The notes below the pieces were generated by a model. That model ran no database searches. It was given only the letters and a program-made list of their open reading frames with translations, and was not told where the DNA came from. DNA of 51,392 nt from Staphylococcus phage MVC_VPHSA1, in the sequence record OR670591.1. One strand, written 5' to 3'. Within the stretch, counting starts at the first letter, position 1; the number at the start of each line of letters is the position of its first letter. Shown here one piece after another: positions 50,447-51,392 of the stretch. Made by a program: the position numbers and the translations under genes.

Positions 50447-50530
50447 CATGAGGAAGTTTATTGACTATAGAGGTTGAAACTCAATCGTATCAATGGTTGA
50501 GGGAGACTCAGAAGGTGGGTCTAATTAGTT

Positions 50531-51392
50531 CACCTTTCCCTCGATGCGGTCAACCTCTAGCAAGTACGATACAGAACTTTAAAAGGAGGAAATCCGTATG
50601 AATAACCATGAGAAGGCGCTAATTGGACGACTCAAAAGAACGCCCTTGAGGTAGCCGAGGAGATTAACAACATGCAGTATGACAAGTCTAGGAAAAGCAA
50701 GGCTGAGCTAGTGAGGAAGCACCTTGGAGAAGCCACTATTATATGCGGTGCTATCAAGAAAGACACTGGTAAGATATGCACAGCTGCCCCTGTGGAGGGT
50801 TCTAAGAGGTGTGCTATACATGGAGGCTACTCTACAGGTCCAGCTACAGAGGAGGGCAAACAGAGAGCCCTAGCTAACCTATCTCCACAGGCTAATATGA
50901 TACACGGTATATATTCACGCTTTGTATTTACTACTGAGGAGAGTGACTTCTATGCATATATGATGAGTGCATATGAGGAAGCATACGACCTAGACTTAGC
51001 TAACCTGATGCTGCTAGACAGAGCACTAAGAAACTTCATACTCAACCAACGTAAAGAGATAGCACTGGCTGGTGAGCAGGTAGATGAGAGCAATAGCTAC
51101 AACGATTATGATACTAAGTTCCTACGTTACATGCAAGCTCTTGGCTTTGACCGTAAGTTTAACATGAGTAAGGAGAACAAGAACAACAAGGGAGACAATA
51201 CTGTTGTGTTAAACCAATTGTTTGACTTTGGAGACGATAACTAACAACTTCCGATAACCTTAATTATGTAAACTAAGGAATCGCTTAACCATGCGGTTTT
51301 GTTTGCTTATTCGCTTTTTATGCAAAGTTGACTGTATGGTTATGCAACTTCCTTGAATAATTATGAGACCCACCCACCCTCTCAAGCACGCA
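50531..51392. repeat. right copy of direct terminal repeat (truncated by window end)
   Basis: Identical to 25-888 apart from a G-run length difference and a boundary indel. Confidence 0.85.
50672..51244 (+). CDS. second copy of putative terminase small subunit gene (within terminal repeat)
   Basis: Protein identical to 168..740. Confidence 0.4.
   Translation: MQYDKSRKSKAELVRKHLGEATIICGAIKKDTGKICTAAPVEGSKRCAIHGGYSTGPATEEGKQRALANLSPQANMIHGIYSRFVFTTEESDFYAYMMSAYEEAYDLDLANLMLLDRALRNFILNQRKEIALAGEQVDESNSYNDYDTKFLRYMQALGFDRKFNMSKENKNNKGDNTVVLNQLFDFGDDN

Noticed and set aside
1-51392. Prophage / att-site interpretation of the end repeats
   Set aside because: No integrase, excisionase or repressor was recognised. 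The repeat is at least 862 bp and contains a whole gene, which is far longer than att cores. Terminal redundancy of a packaged genome, or an assembly overlap, fits better.

Overview
The window is an essentially complete ~50.5-kb genome of a tailed dsDNA phage with siphovirus-type tail genes. The host is probably a low-GC Gram-positive bacterium: nearly every gene has a GGAGG-type RBS, the promoters match the sigma-A consensus, and TTG/GTG starts are frequent. The genome is bracketed by a long direct terminal repeat, nt ~25-888 matching 50531-51392. The right copy is cut by the window edge, so the repeat is at least 862 bp. It carries a putative small terminase gene in both copies. Gene order on the + strand is as follows:
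- packaging (terS-like, HNH, terL, portal, Mu-F-like morphogenesis protein)
- a three-gene minus-strand island
- head module (scaffold, decoration, major capsid)
- connector and tail module (major tail, G/GT chaperones with a canonical A_AAA_AAG -1 slippery site, tape measure, two large distal tail proteins)
- lysis module (Amidase_3 endolysin, holin-like protein)
- replication and nucleotide metabolism (SSB-like, DnaB helicase, DnaG primase, class I RNR nrdE/nrdF, DnaE-type Pol III alpha, Cas4-like nuclease, DUF1064, phage sigma factor plus Zn-ribbon protein, ThyX, dNMP kinase, MazG)
- an accessory right arm (FtsK/SpoIIIE-like ATPase plus replication-relaxation protein; protein-kinase-like plus ImmA/IrrE-like Zn-peptidase plus DUF4258; PD-(D/E)XK nuclease; several HNH-AP2 homing endonucleases).
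No integrase, repressor, tRNA or CRISPR was recognised. Many genes (terL, MCP, major tail, TMP, dnaE, nrdE, nrdF, primase, sigma, FtsK-like, others) are broken into adjacent frames, most often at A/T homopolymer runs. The two terminal-repeat copies themselves differ by a G-run length, so most of these breaks are probably homopolymer sequencing errors rather than biology. Regulatory signals worth following up are a GTATGAC operator-like element embedded in many promoters, palindromes shared by two AT-rich regions, and 21-bp phased repeats near the right end. The ORF track translates TTG/GTG starts as M, and its 6073..6291 entry is labelled + although that protein is encoded only on the minus strand.
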